Origin: an uncultured Candidatus Entotheonella sp.
GTDB taxonomy: Bacteria > Tectomicrobia > Entotheonellia > Entotheonellales > Entotheonellaceae
Reading direction: 5' to 3'
DNA length: 64,000 nucleotides
NCBI GenBank assembly: GCA_965217185.1
Contig: OZ244252.1
Coordinates: forward strand, 3,872,001 to 3,936,000
The notes beneath the pieces are model-generated. The model saw nothing but the letters and a program-made list of their open reading frames with translations, searched no databases and had not been told where the DNA came from. Below are positions 1 through 11,100 of the stretch, piece after piece; the stretch's first letter is position 1, and every line of letters starts with the position of its first letter. The translations under genes were made by a program, and so were the position numbers.

Positions 1-1289
1 GCGAATCCATCCGGCGACTTGCGTCAGGTCAAGGGCATACTGTGTTTCTACTGCACCGCCGTATGCCTCACCGAAGATACCGGACCAAGAACCAGCGCTC
101 CAGTTTGGCTTTGGCAATGGCCGGTTCCAATGCGTTCCCCAACTCCACGGAAAGCGTGGCCAACGGTACCAACTGTGTGTTGTAAGGCACGTTGTAGCTG
201 GTAAATATGAACTGGCTAAGGAGGAACTTGGCGGCGTTCATAAAGCCGGCTTCCACCCGGTTGGCCCAACGGTGGTAATCATTTACGTCCAGTTCCAGAA
301 TATCGTTTTTGCGACAATTGATTGCCGGTATGCGGTTCTGAGGCCGGCCTGCGGCGATGGCTTCACGGTGATGTTCCTGTGTGGACAGCAAGGCCACCGC
401 CTGCAAAAACTGGTTGCCCTCGACGCCCTTCAAGACACCGTAATCGCGATGCATGCGGTTGTGCCGCGCACCCCAGTCATCCCGTAGCGAAAATTTTTCG
501 TCCTGAGCAGCAAAAGACGCGGTTACCAGTTCAAACATTGACAGGGTAACGCCGCCCGTATTGACTTTTTCGAAGACCGTGCAGACAGCCTCCTTTGGTG
601 TTTGCTTGTCCAACCTGATGACCGGCAAGTCGTATCCAGTAAAGGAGTTTATTACGGACTCGGTGAATTTGTTATAAAACGTGATTGGGTCTCCTTCTGG
701 ATGCTGCTCGTTACTGCTTTGCCAGTAACTGATATAACCGAGCAACCAGTCTGTCTTGCTGTCCAGTAGCCTCTTCGTGGGCATCATATGCTTCTCGAAT
801 TCAAGTTCCCGGCTGGAGAGGTCATGGACGATTTCGCGCCCGAAATTCTTGGTCTCTATTTTGTTTTCCGGGACGCTGATGATGGCCTCCTCCCGCTCGA
901 AATCCGGGTCCATCGCCTTCTGCATATCCACATAGTACCAACGTTTGATGCGTCTTCCTCTAGCATCATGCGTATCCACCGCCCCCTCATGCAACAGCGA
1001 CTGATACAAGGAGGGTCAGCCGTTGTTGTCCGTCCAGCAGAAAAGCTTCGGCGTTGTTCTGTTGTGGCTCTGCAGCACCTTCAATCATCCGGCTTTTGAG
1101 CCGGATATTGCCCCCGGCTTCCAGCGCCGTAATGGCGCCGACCGGAAACCCGCGCGATATGCTGGCCAGCAAGCCCCGAATCCGGTCGTCATCCCACACC
1201 CAGCCCCGCTGAAAATCGGGAAGCTGTATTTTGCCGCTGCCGGCGTCATCCAACAGGGATTTCAACGATACGGGATGGGTCTTGAACAT
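1..1289 (-). pseudogene. DUF262 (GmrS/ParB-like) domain protein, two +1 frameshifts, runs off the window
   Basis: LPDFQRGWVW and LLDGQQRLT motifs. An extra C near 1013 breaks GQQRLT-SLYQSL. An extra T near 88 breaks WF-WSGIFGEAYGGAVETQYALDL. Confidence 0.85.
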
Positions 1290-1369
1290 CGTAAAGCCTC
1301 CATTGTTTTGGCTTCTGGATTTCGCTGAGAACGCGCGTCAGCTTTATCCACTACCCACTGACCTTTCTA

Positions 1370-3229
1370 TTAGAAATCCCGGCACCAGGTGAACCACTCG
1401 GTGGTCAGCACCGCCACCGCGCCCAGCGTCAGGGCGAGCCACAGCGGCGTTTCGGCGCTGCCGGCGGGGGCCGGTGACGCCGTCTCGTCGGGCGCCAGCG
1501 GCGGCAGCTTGGTCGCGGGATTGATGTCCGACTCGCCGTCGTCGAGCAGGTTGACCGTCAGGTAGCGCTTGAACGTGTCCCCGGCGCGCAGGGTGTACAC
1601 GCCGACGCGCTCGGTGTCGGAAAAAATCCACGGGTTGCCCTGCACGTCGTACTGTTGCTGGCGACCCTCCGGGTCCTGCACGGAGATGCGCGATAGTGGG
1701 GTATCCAGGTACAGCGGGTAGGGGGTTCCGGCCTGAATCTGGTCGCCGCCGTCGGATTCCGGGGGCGCCAGCCAGCGCAGCAGGTTGCCGATGAACACCG
1801 GGAAGGCGACGCGCAGCGGCAGGTCCGATTGCATCAGGTCAAAGCCGAGAACCACCACGCGCAGGTGCGGCTCCTCGATAAGGCCGAGCAGCGGCGTGTC
1901 CGGCGCATCAACGAGGCTGTGGGCATCGCCTTGCAGCGTCAGTTGCAGAGCCTCGGCGACGTGCACGTCGGCCAGATCGACGAATTGCAGCAGCGGGTGC
2001 TGGCGCTGCCAATCCACCACGCGCGGCTGCGCCACCGTGCCGGTGTGCCGCACCCGGTCGTCCGGCGGCACCGTGTTGATCAGCAAGTAATTGCCGCGCT
2101 GCAGCGGCGGCGGGGTGACGCCGTTGAAAATGATCAGGCGGTTCGACGCCAGCAGGCGCGGCAGGATGTCCGCCGATACCTGCGGCACGACGTTGACGAA
2201 CACGCCGGGGATGGAGGTGAGCAGGGTCTCCAGGAAGTAATTCGGCTCGCCGACGAGCAGTATCCAGGTCTGTGACGGGGCGGCGGCGACGCCGTAAGCG
2301 TGGTTGTCCAGCGCCAGATCGTCGTCTAGCGCCAGTTCGGCCTCGGCGACGCCCTGCAGGGGGCCGGCGACGGTGGACACGATGACCTCCTCCTGGCCAG
2401 GTTGCAGGTCCAGTTGGCGCTCCAGCGGTTGTTGCGGCGGTAGACTGAGGCGCAGGGGCGCGGCGACCGGCTGCGGCGAGAAGTTCTTCACGGTCAGCAA
2501 CACCTCGTAGAGCCCTTCGACGTCCGGCGCCTGCCGGAAGGCGAAGCGCGTGATGCCGACGTTGGTGTCGCCGCCGTCGACCTGGATATGGCGCAATTGG
2601 TGGCCGAGTTGTTGGCGCAACTGCGTCAATTCGGCGACCCGTGGGTAGGCGCCGTCGCCGATGACGACGATCTCGTGCGAGCCGCTGCCCTGGGTGAGCG
2701 ACAGCGCCAGAAACAGCGCTTCCCGCATGTTGCCGGTGGCGTCGCTGGCCTCCAGGTCGCGGAGGGTCTGCCGCAACAGGGCCTTCTCGCTGCTGAAAAA
2801 CGCCGCCACACGGGGCTGCCGGCCGGCCGTAATGACAGCCATCTGGCGCCCGGCGGGCAGTTCCTGCAGCACCTGCAGGGCGTGCTCCCTGGCCTGTGCA
2901 AAGCGCGTTCCCTGCCCGGTGCGGGTCTGCATGCTGGCGCTGACGTCGAGCACCAGCACGACGTCGCGGCTCGGCACGGCCTGGCCGGTGAGCGCCGGTT
3001 CGGCGAGCGCCGCGGCCAGCAGGCAGACGAGCAGGATTTGCAACAGCAACGGCAGGTTCTGCACCAGCCGCCGCAGGCCGAGGCTGCCCTGCGCCTCGCG
3101 CGCCACGCTCTCCCACAGGAACAGGGTGCTGACCCGCACGTCCCGCCGCCGGTAGCGCAGGGCGTGCAGCACCAGGAGCACGGGCACGAAGGCCAGCAGG
3201 GCGAGTGCCGCCGGGTTGAGCCAGACCAT
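1370..3229 (-). CDS. BatA N-terminal + vWA domain membrane protein (MoxR-associated)
   Basis: N-terminal WLNP..LHAL..VSTLFLW BatA-type motif, MIDAS DVSASM, C-terminal ESDI and TM helix ending EW. Confidence 0.9.
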   Translation of the reverse strand: MVWLNPAALALLAFVPVLLVLHALRYRRRDVRVSTLFLWESVAREAQGSLGLRRLVQNLPLLLQILLVCLLAAALAEPALTGQAVPSRDVVLVLDVSASMQTRTGQGTRFAQAREHALQVLQELPAGRQMAVITAGRQPRVAAFFSSEKALLRQTLRDLEASDATGNMREALFLALSLTQGSGSHEIVVIGDGAYPRVAELTQLRQQLGHQLRHIQVDGGDTNVGITRFAFRQAPDVEGLYEVLLTVKNFSPQPVAAPLRLSLPPQQPLERQLDLQPGQEEVIVSTVAGPLQGVAEAELALDDDLALDNHAYGVAAAPSQTWILLVGEPNYFLETLLTSIPGVFVNVVPQVSADILPRLLASNRLIIFNGVTPPPLQRGNYLLINTVPPDDRVRHTGTVAQPRVVDWQRQHPLLQFVDLADVHVAEALQLTLQGDAHSLVDAPDTPLLGLIEEPHLRVVVLGFDLMQSDLPLRVAFPVFIGNLLRWLAPPESDGGDQIQAGTPYPLYLDTPLSRISVQDPEGRQQQYDVQGNPWIFSDTERVGVYTLRAGDTFKRYLTVNLLDDGESDINPATKLPPLAPDETASPAPAGSAETPLWLALTLGAVAVLTTEWFTWCRDF

Positions 3230-3243
3230 GTGAGCGTTTCCTT

Positions 3244-3279
3244 ATGTAGGTCGGATTGGCCGCAGGCGTAATCCGACAT
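3244..3279. repeat. GTAG-type REP-like palindrome
   Basis: atgtaggtcggatt-ggccgcaggcgt-aatccgacat. A close copy lies at 46732-46765. Confidence 0.75.
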
Positions 3280-3302
3280 TCCACTGCCAGAGCAATTTCG
3301 GA

Positions 3303-3407
3303 CCCCCCCCTAGCCCTCCCCCGCGATGGGGGGAGGGGACTAACCCGTCCCTGCGAAGATGGTTTTGCTCCCTCTCCCTTGGCGGGAGAGGGTTGGGGTG
3401 AGGGGGG
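3303..3407. repeat. Inverted pair of CCCCTCACCC-type GC-rich palindromic repeats
   Basis: ccctcccccgcgatggggggaggg and ccctctcccttggcgggagagggttggggtgagggggg, in opposite orientation in an intergenic space. Confidence 0.65.
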
Positions 3408-3464
3408 AAATCTGAATCAGGAATCACTTGGCTTCTTCAAGATTCTATCCGATACGAAAATGCC

Positions 3465-4379
3465 CTAACTCAGATACAACCCGCGCCGCAGGTAGCGCAG
3501 GACGACATCCTCAAACGGCACCGTGGTGACGACGCGCAGATATTCGATGTTGCGCCGCAGGCAATACGTCTCGATGTCGGCGAAGTACGCCGCCACCTTC
3601 TCGCGGTAGCGGTCGAGCAGGCGCTGATTGACCGTCAGGCGGCGTTGCTGGCCGGTCTCGACGTCGTGCAGGCGTACGGCGCCGTTGAAGGTCGGGTTGA
3701 TCTCCGACTCGGCCACCACCTGGATTACCAGCGCGTCGAAGCCGGCGTAGGCCAGGGCGTCGAGGCCGGCGGCGTAGCCCTGCGGGTCGAACAGGTCGCT
3801 GACGACGATGGCCAGTCCGGTTTTGCGGTTCTGGCGGGCATAGGTGCGCAGCACGCGGTTCAGGTTAGTGCCGCCCCCGCAGCCGAGGGCCTCGAAATAG
3901 CGCAGCATGGTGACGATCTGCTGCCGCCCGCGCTGCGGCGGCCTGGGGCGGCCCAGTTCGTCGGCGAACGACACCACGCCGACGCGGTCCAGGCTGTTGA
4001 GGCCGATGTAGCCCAGCGCCGCGGCCACCCGGCGGGCGAAGTCGATCTTCGACGGCTGGCCCTCCTGCATCGAGCGGCTGGTATCGACCAGCAAATGGAT
4101 GGTGAGGTCCTCTTCGGCGGCGAAGACCTTGAGGAAGAGGCGGTCCAGGCGGCTGTAAACGTTCCAATCGACGTAGCGAAAGTCGTCGCCGGGCTGGTAG
4201 CGGCGGTGGTCGGCGAATTCCAGACCCATGCCGCGGCGCAGGGTGGTGCGGTCGTTCTGGCTTTGGCCCCGAAACAGCTTGCGCGCCAGCAGGTGCAGGG
4301 TTTCGAGCTTGCGCATGAAGTCGGCGTCGAAGAGCGCCGGGGCAGGCCCAGCCGGTGGGGTGAGGGGTGAGGGGTTCAT
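3465..4379 (-). CDS. DUF58 domain protein (MoxR-associated)
   Basis: EFADHRRYQPGDDFRYVDW, DTSRSM and VSDLFD motifs. Confidence 0.93.
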   Translation of the reverse strand: MNPSPLTPPAGPAPALFDADFMRKLETLHLLARKLFRGQSQNDRTTLRRGMGLEFADHRRYQPGDDFRYVDWNVYSRLDRLFLKVFAAEEDLTIHLLVDTSRSMQEGQPSKIDFARRVAAALGYIGLNSLDRVGVVSFADELGRPRPPQRGRQQIVTMLRYFEALGCGGGTNLNRVLRTYARQNRKTGLAIVVSDLFDPQGYAAGLDALAYAGFDALVIQVVAESEINPTFNGAVRLHDVETGQQRRLTVNQRLLDRYREKVAAYFADIETYCLRRNIEYLRVVTTVPFEDVVLRYLRRGLYLS

Positions 4380-4407
4380 GAAGCGGAGGTCCAGAGTTCG
4401 CGCAGCA

Positions 4408-4785
4408 TCAGGGCGTGTCGGGCGCCATCGTGCCCTGGCGTTGCTGCTCCAGGATGGTCTCGATCCGGGTGACCCGGTTGCTGAGTTCGCTGATGTCCTT
4501 GCGTAGGTCGGTCAACTCATTGCGTACGCCGGTCAACTCCCCACGCAGATTGGTCATCTCGGCGCGCAGATTGGTCATCTCTCCGCGCATCTCGCTCATT
4601 TCCCCGCGCAAAGTGGTCATCTCCCTGCGTATCTCCTCCCGAAGCGGTGTCACCGCGGTGGTGACAGCCCACTGCATGGCGCCCATGATCGCACCGACGA
4701 TGACGAGGATGGTGACCGCGAGAGCAGCGAGTTCTTTGTAGCCGATCATAATGTTGCGAGGCGGGGTCGTTTCTTGGATGGCCAT
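4408..4785 (-). CDS. Small single-TM coiled-coil protein with heptad repeats
   Basis: One hydrophobic helix followed by (LRGEMTN)-like heptads encoded by 21-nt repeats. GAGGAG RBS upstream. Confidence 0.75.
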   Translation of the reverse strand: MAIQETTPPRNIMIGYKELAALAVTILVIVGAIMGAMQWAVTTAVTPLREEIRREMTTLRGEMSEMRGEMTNLRAEMTNLRGELTGVRNELTDLRKDISELSNRVTRIETILEQQRQGTMAPDTP

Positions 4786-5018
4786 GCCGGACTCCTCAAT
4801 TTACCGGACCTGCAGGGTTCACAAGCCTACCCTTACCCAGACTTCGATTCCAGCCTTGTTTATTCGGGCCTGCGAAGCTGGGGGTCAACCGCTTTCGGAG
4901 CCGGCGAAAGTTTCCCAAATGGACCGTCCCCGGCGGCAATGAAGCCGTAGTCTGGCCGTTCACCCCTATGCCGTCCGGTCCGTGCAGTCGGACGCCTCTT
5001 GCCGTCAAGCTGACTTCC

Positions 5019-5264
5019 TCATCGGCGCGCAGCCTCTTCCCATAGCTGGCGGGTGGTCGGGACCAACATCACCTCATCGGCGTCGAACAGCTCACGAAAG
5101 AGTCTTTCAATGTCGCTACTCACGATGACAAACTGTCCAGCCTGGGCCTGCCGCCACAGGGGTTCGAGCAAGGTACGGTAGGGTTCGATGCGCTCCACGC
5201 TGTAGATGAATCCACTGGCATCGAGATAGACCGGTCCATTAGGCGGGAGGATCAGCGATCCCAT
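5019..5264 (-). pseudogene. Truncated VapC/PIN toxin
   Basis: VYLDASGFIYSVE PIN start, but only 81 aa with an apparent internal deletion and no C-terminal acidic motif. Confidence 0.7.
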
Positions 5265-5485
5265 GACCCTCGTTCTTCCTTCAGGAAGGACTCGACCTCT
5301 TCTGCGGTCTTGAAGACACGCTGCCCCGGCGCTTCGGCAAGAATGTCAGCGGCAGACCGACGCGGTGATTCGGGGGAGTGACGCACGACCACGTCAACGG
5401 ACTCCCCAACCGGAAGCTCATGGTCCACGATTTCGATTCTGCCCCCGGGAAGTACAGTCGTCTTCAGATGCAACACTTTCTGCAT
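5252..5485 (-). CDS. Putative antitoxin of the PIN toxin
   Basis: 77 aa, overlaps the PIN start, ends EERGSWDR as in many VapB-like partners. Confidence 0.7.
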   Translation of the reverse strand: MQKVLHLKTTVLPGGRIEIVDHELPVGESVDVVVRHSPESPRRSAADILAEAPGQRVFKTAEEVESFLKEERGSWDR

Positions 5486-5563
5486 GGCTAGCGCTTCCTT
5501 TCCAAGGCGGGCGGCATGACGGCTATGTTCTCCATCTGACGATACAGTGGAGAAAGGATCGGG

Positions 5564-5923
5564 TCATTTCCTGGCGTCGCCCTCCTGCTCAGCAGCCGTC
5601 AGGTCAGAAAGCAGCACACTGCGGCCTGCCTGTTTCGCTTCGAGCCACCGTTTGAAAGAGTGCTGGCTTTCCCCTGACGGGCGGCCCGCGATGAGCCCTT
5701 CCACACTAAGGTCTTCGTCCAGATCCGGCCAGCGGATTCCCTGACCCTTGCCGATCAACTCCCAGTTGTTGCGCTCCTCCTGGGTGGCATGTACGAGCCT
5801 GGGATACCAAGCCAGGGGCACGGAGATGGTTCGTCCGTCCGAGAGCTCGACCCGCAGCGTATCATCGGTAACCGATGCGTCCTCGGCCTCAGGTATCCGT
5901 ATCTCAATCGTTGAAGTAATCAT
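5564..5923 (-). CDS. DUF2442 domain protein
   Basis: LSDGRTISVPLAWYPRL...GIRWPDLDEDLSVEGL signature. Confidence 0.88.
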   Translation of the reverse strand: MITSTIEIRIPEAEDASVTDDTLRVELSDGRTISVPLAWYPRLVHATQEERNNWELIGKGQGIRWPDLDEDLSVEGLIAGRPSGESQHSFKRWLEAKQAGRSVLLSDLTAAEQEGDARK

Positions 5924-8002
5924 CCCGTGCCTTCACGCCGGAGACCCTGGGGACGCCACCCACCAAGATATTCGTCAACAAGCTGGAGCAATTCATCATT
6001 GCCTTCGGACAGTGTGGCTTTCAACATCTCAGTCCGCTCCCGGATAGTGTTTTCATCGCCGTATAGCTCAATCAGAATATCCCAGGCGAGACAAGGGGAC
6101 CGGCGTATGGCCCGGCTCCCCACTGCTTGGCTCTGCGTCTCGCTCCGCGCGGACCGCAGAATCGCGAGGGTCATCTCAGGTAAATTGGCGATTTCGAGCG
6201 GAGGTTCAGTATGATCCGCGTCCCGCTTCGCACGGAATAGTACATCGAGGAGTTCGGGCTCGTTTACAAGATCATTGACCGAAGCCGAACGCACGGCTGC
6301 CCGCCATTCTCTTTCCAGTTGCCTGGCTGTGGACTCCGAAACGAGGTTGTGGCCAGCGTTTTCTCGGTGGCCGACAGTGGTAATCAATTCTAACTTTGCG
6401 GACAGCGTCGTAAGTTCGGGCAGAATCTGCCGCGCCGCCGTCTCTACTGCATGGGTATCGCCCACCGAACGCAAGAGCCTCAAAACGACGCGTCCTACGA
6501 TCATTTGTCTGTCGAGTAAATCGAACATGCCGCGCTGGTGTTCAGGCATATCGGGGAGGAGGTTGAGGAGCACGACCGCTCCCGGCACGGCATATTGGGG
6601 AGCGAATTCGTCCTGGTATACCTCCAAGCGTGAGATGACATCTTCCAATAAATTGGGGTCCAAGGCACGGAGATAACTTTCAAGGGCAGCACGGTCTTGC
6701 CATACGCACCCAGGCCTGCTCGGCGTAGGTGAACGCCTGAAGCCCCTCGCCCATGACACGCTCCAGATACAGGCGAAGAATATCCTTGTGGGCAACACGC
6801 CGCTCCTGAAGCCATCTGTTCTCCCAGTCACTCCCAAAATTGGAACCGCCAATATGCCGCCGGCCGGCTGGAAAAAGCTGCTGAACCAGTGCCCGGACAA
6901 CATCTCCGTGGGCGTCTCCGGCTGCATTGATCAATTCTTCAATCTGCTGCTTGAGGTGCGCTGGTCCCCCCCAAACACGGTCGATGAACTCGGATGTTGT
7001 TGTGAGGCTATCAATCCCTCTGTGCAATTGTCGGAACACGTCGGGCAGGAAAATGCGAACGGCCTCCAGTGCAAGGACATCAGTTAGTGCGACGTTACCC
7101 TCCAATTCGCGTACCGGGCCGGGGATGGCCATTGCATACCGACGAACGTCACGCATGCTGCTGATAAGCGGCCGGATTATCTCCACGAAGACATCAGGCC
7201 AAGCATGCTCATCAAACCGGCCTTGATTATCGATTTGAGAGAGTGCCCCCTCAATAGCCTCGGATATCTCTCTGTCGAGCACATGGGATGGCACCACAGG
7301 GAGTTCAACGCTGAACTGGAGGATTTTCTCCAGATAGTCACGGCCTGGAATGCCCTGCTGCTTGAGAGCTTGCTCCACGCGCATACGATCAAAAGCCACG
7401 ATATAGATGACATTAGGAAAACTGGCGGTCAGTCGAACGAGCTTGAAGACGTCTCGGATTTCAGGGGTGGTCAGCCGGTCGATGTCGTCAAGCACCACAA
7501 GAATCGGCTTATCGAGAGCGTTCAGTGCCTTTTCAACCTTCTTTCTGCGACCTCCGACCCCTTCTTTCCTTCGCTGAAAAACTTTTGCCAAAATCTTTAC
7601 GGCGCTGCGCAAGCGCTCGATCCACGAACCGACAAGAGGTAGCCAGCCCATTCCGGAAAAGAGTTCGCCATAGTCCTCCAGATCCTTACCAATGTTGGCA
7701 AGTTCGCGTCTGAGCCTTAGCTGGAGGGAGAGTTCCGCAAAGAATAACTGGACGAGTTGATCGGTACCGCTGAACATCCAGGGGTTGAAGTCGAGGACCG
7801 GGGTTCCGACTTCTTTCCAGTATGACCGCGCAAGATTGACGAACGAAGTCTTCCCTGATCCCCAAGGACCGAGGACGCCGGCAACAACGCCTTGACTTGC
7901 ATCCAGCGACAGAACTTGCTCTGCGAATGACCGGGCGACTCTGGCCCGGCCCAGGACATCGTCTTCTGGTTTCTGGATCGGGTTATCTCCGATGACGCTC
8001 AT
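5920..8002 (-). pseudogene. KAP-family P-loop NTPase, +1 frameshift near 6698
   Basis: DVLGR, GPWGSGKTS, FNPWMF, LDDIDRL and YLEKILQ motifs. An extra A in atg-gca-a-gac joins ORF 6680..8002 to the frame of 5920..6927. Confidence 0.85.
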
Positions 8003-8180
8003 GCCGCTCCCATCATGTCAATGACGGTTTTCGTATGACTCCTTGGGGTGCTCGTCAGGTGGTTTCCTGGACGGCCCTCACGGACTTCTCTGCATATCGG
8101 GCCTATGGGATTCACAAAGCATATACGAACCGCGTGTTTCCAGCCTACGATGTCGACGGACCAGCCTCAAGGCCCACTCC

Positions 8181-11100
8181 TCACAACAACGAATCCTGCC
8201 GCGCGTCGGCGCTGCCGCCTTTGCCCTTGCGGGTGACGTCAAACGCGCCGGCGGTGCGCAGGGTGTCGGCGCTGATGAGCGGGCCGTTGCAGATGCGGGT
8301 GAGGAGGTCGGCTTGGCGGGGTTCGAGGGCGACGAGGCGGGCGAGGACGTGGAGGACGTTCAGGAGTTCCGTGGTGTATTCGGCGAGCCAGCGGTCGGGC
8401 TGGATTTTCTCCAGGGGCGACGGGGGCCGCCGTTCGCCGATGACGGCCCGGGTGCGGTCCTTCTTGCGGTAGCTGAACCAGTGAACCAGTACCTGCTTGC
8501 CCGAAACTTCGTATTGCCAGACCTCCGGCGGTACGTTGTCGATGAAGCCCTCGCCGACCAGCAGGCGGCGCTTCGCGGCGTCATAGTCGATGCGGTCCGG
8601 CATGCGCCCCGGGTCGGAGGGGATGGCGCCGTCCCTGGGGATCAGCGGCCCCTCTCCCTTGGGCATGCGCGGCGCACCGGCGGGGCGGCCATTGGACGGG
8701 TCGGTATAGCGTTCGCCGAAGGTGTGCAGCCAGATCACTTCTTCGCCCACGGCGACAGCTTCCGCGAAAAGCGCGGCGTCGCGGGTGAGGGGCAGGCGCA
8801 GGCCCGGTTGCACCAGATCGTCCTGAAAGCGTTGGGTGTAGGCGGGATGCGCCATGACGGCAGCTAGGTAGGCCATGACCTGTTGACCGCTGACCGGTGT
8901 GCCAAGCTGCTCTGCCAGGCAATCGAGGAAGGCGCCCTTCACGTTGGACGTGGCGGCTTGGTTGTCGGCCCAGAGCGGGTAGACGCGCCCCCCGAACGAG
9001 CCCTTGTAGTGGTCAAGGTCACAGACTGAGGCTGTAAAGCTGACGCCAGGACCATTACTGGGGGAGGAGCGGTGCAATGCCGTCAGGAAAACCTGCTTGT
9101 CCGAAAAACTTTCCCAGAGGGTTGGATTTGGCTGGTTGATGACACGGCCATCTGGAATGATCCACTGCCGGTCAAACGACCGGAAGCCGTATCGTGCCGG
9201 AGCGATACATTTCCCAGTGTCCGCCGCTACTGCATTTGCGCGGAATTCGTGACCATAGAGGCCGCTCTTCAGCGGCTTGTTCACGTGCTTGTCGCCGGGC
9301 TTCCCATTCCTGAGATGCGGGTGAAACAGCGCCTCCTTCTTTGCGGCGTCCGGTTCTCGCACCAAGACGTTCCAGCGCGCTTCGAGCGTTTGCCTGTCCG
9401 GGGCGATAACCCACACCCTGCCCGGCATCACGCCAGACCCTCCGTAGATGAAGACATCCTCCAAAAGCGCAAAGTCGCTCCAAGCGCCCGACGCCTTGGG
9501 CAGGAACGGCTCGCGCGGCTGGTCCGGGCACGCCACCCAGCCGTCGTCTTCCAGGGAAATGCCATCGAAGGCGGCGAATTTGTCCTCGCGGGTCTTGCCG
9601 TCGAGGGTGCGGTAGCGGATACGCGCCGGCTGGGGCGACGCCGTGCGGCTCTTGCGCAGCGCCATGACGATGCAGACCGGCTGCTGAACCCCCTGAAAGA
9701 CGCGGCTGCGAATGGGCGGCTGGTGGCCTTCCGGCGAGCAGTCGAGCACCCAGATTTCGTCCGCCTCGGCCCGCAGGTTGGCGCGCATTTTCTGGAAGCC
9801 GGGGCCGTTCAGAAAGCCGGCCGCGGTGATGAAGCAGATGATGCCTGTCTGGTCGCGTTCCCGGTCTTGGATGTCGCCAGGGTCGCCGTCGCCGAACACC
9901 TTCCAGGCGGCCCAGCGCCAGAAGTAGACGTAGAGGTTGCGGAGGTGCTTGGCGTGCGCCCCGACGTTCCATTCCGGCGGCGGCATCCAGTCCATGAGCG
10001 GCACGGGCTGGCCGGGCCGGTTGGCGCTGCCGTTCTCCACCCAGCCGCCCAGGCCCTTGGCTTTGTCCTTGTAGGGCGGATTGCCGATGACGACGGTGAT
10101 GCGCTCCTGCCGCTTGATGCGGTTCGCCTGGCGGCGCGATTCGCCCAGCGGCATGAGGATTTGCGGGATGTATTCGTCCTCGACGAACGGGTTGCCCAGG
10201 GTGTCGGTGACGAACAGGCGCAGCGGGTCGGACCTGCCCACAAAGGCGTCGCCCACGAGCTCTTGCAACTCGGCCAGCAGGCGAAGCTGCGCCACCGCGA
10301 AGGGGCCGAGCTGCAGCTCGAAACCGATCAGGCGGGGGATGGCGGCCTCGACCACCCCTGGAACGGCTCCCGGCCCTTGATCCGCTTCCGTCGTTTCGGC
10401 GATGCGGCGCAGCACGCCCAGGAGGTAGGTGCCGGTGCCGGTCGCCGGGTCCGCCACGGTCACGTCCGGCGCGGCCAAGCCCTCCGTGAGGCCGAAGTAG
10501 GCGCCGGATTTCAGCGCTTCATCGACCAGGCGCACCATCGACATGACGACCTCCGGCGGCGTGTAGTACGACCCCGTCTTGCGCCGCAGCTCGCTGTCGT
10601 AGGTGATGAGAAACTTTTCGTAGAAGTAGAGCCACGCCTCCGGGTCGCCCTTGCTGATGACGTCCCAGTGCACGGCGTCGAGGACGCGCGTCAGGGTGGC
10701 GAGGGAGGTTTTCAGGGTTGCCTGGTTTTCGGCGTCGTCGGTCAGCAGGCGCAGGGCGGTGCCGATCAGGGTGTTGGTCTGGCGCAGCTCGCCGGCCACG
10801 CGGTCGAGGCCGTCGCTGAGGGTGATGCGGCGCGCCCGCGCCATGAGCAGCCCGAAGGTCACGGCCTGGGCGTAGCCGTCGGCAAAGGCTTCGTTCGTGG
10901 CGCTCGGGAACAGCAGCTTGCGCCAGTCGGTGGCGAGGTTGGTAAGCGGGCCGGAGCCCTGGGCCAGTTGCTCGGTTACTTCCTCACGCAGCAGCCGGCA
11001 CAGCCGGGCCGTCAGTTCGGCCAGCGCAGGGGCTGATTTCGGCGGCTGCGGCTGCCATTGGAAGAAGTCGGCGAACAGACCCGTCAGCCCGGATGGGGCG

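Noticed and set aside
1908..3284. 458-aa Arg/Pro-rich ORF
   Set aside because: Alternate frame of the vWA gene with low-complexity GC-driven composition.
3242..3468. Small ORFs containing PHPNPLP
   Set aside because: Translation of palindromic repeats, not genes.
6690..6705. Programmed frameshift in the KAP gene
   Set aside because: No slippery heptamer or long homopolymer at the site.
9072..11036. 654-aa plus-strand ORF
   Set aside because: Antisense shadow of the RM gene in GC-rich DNA, with no motifs.
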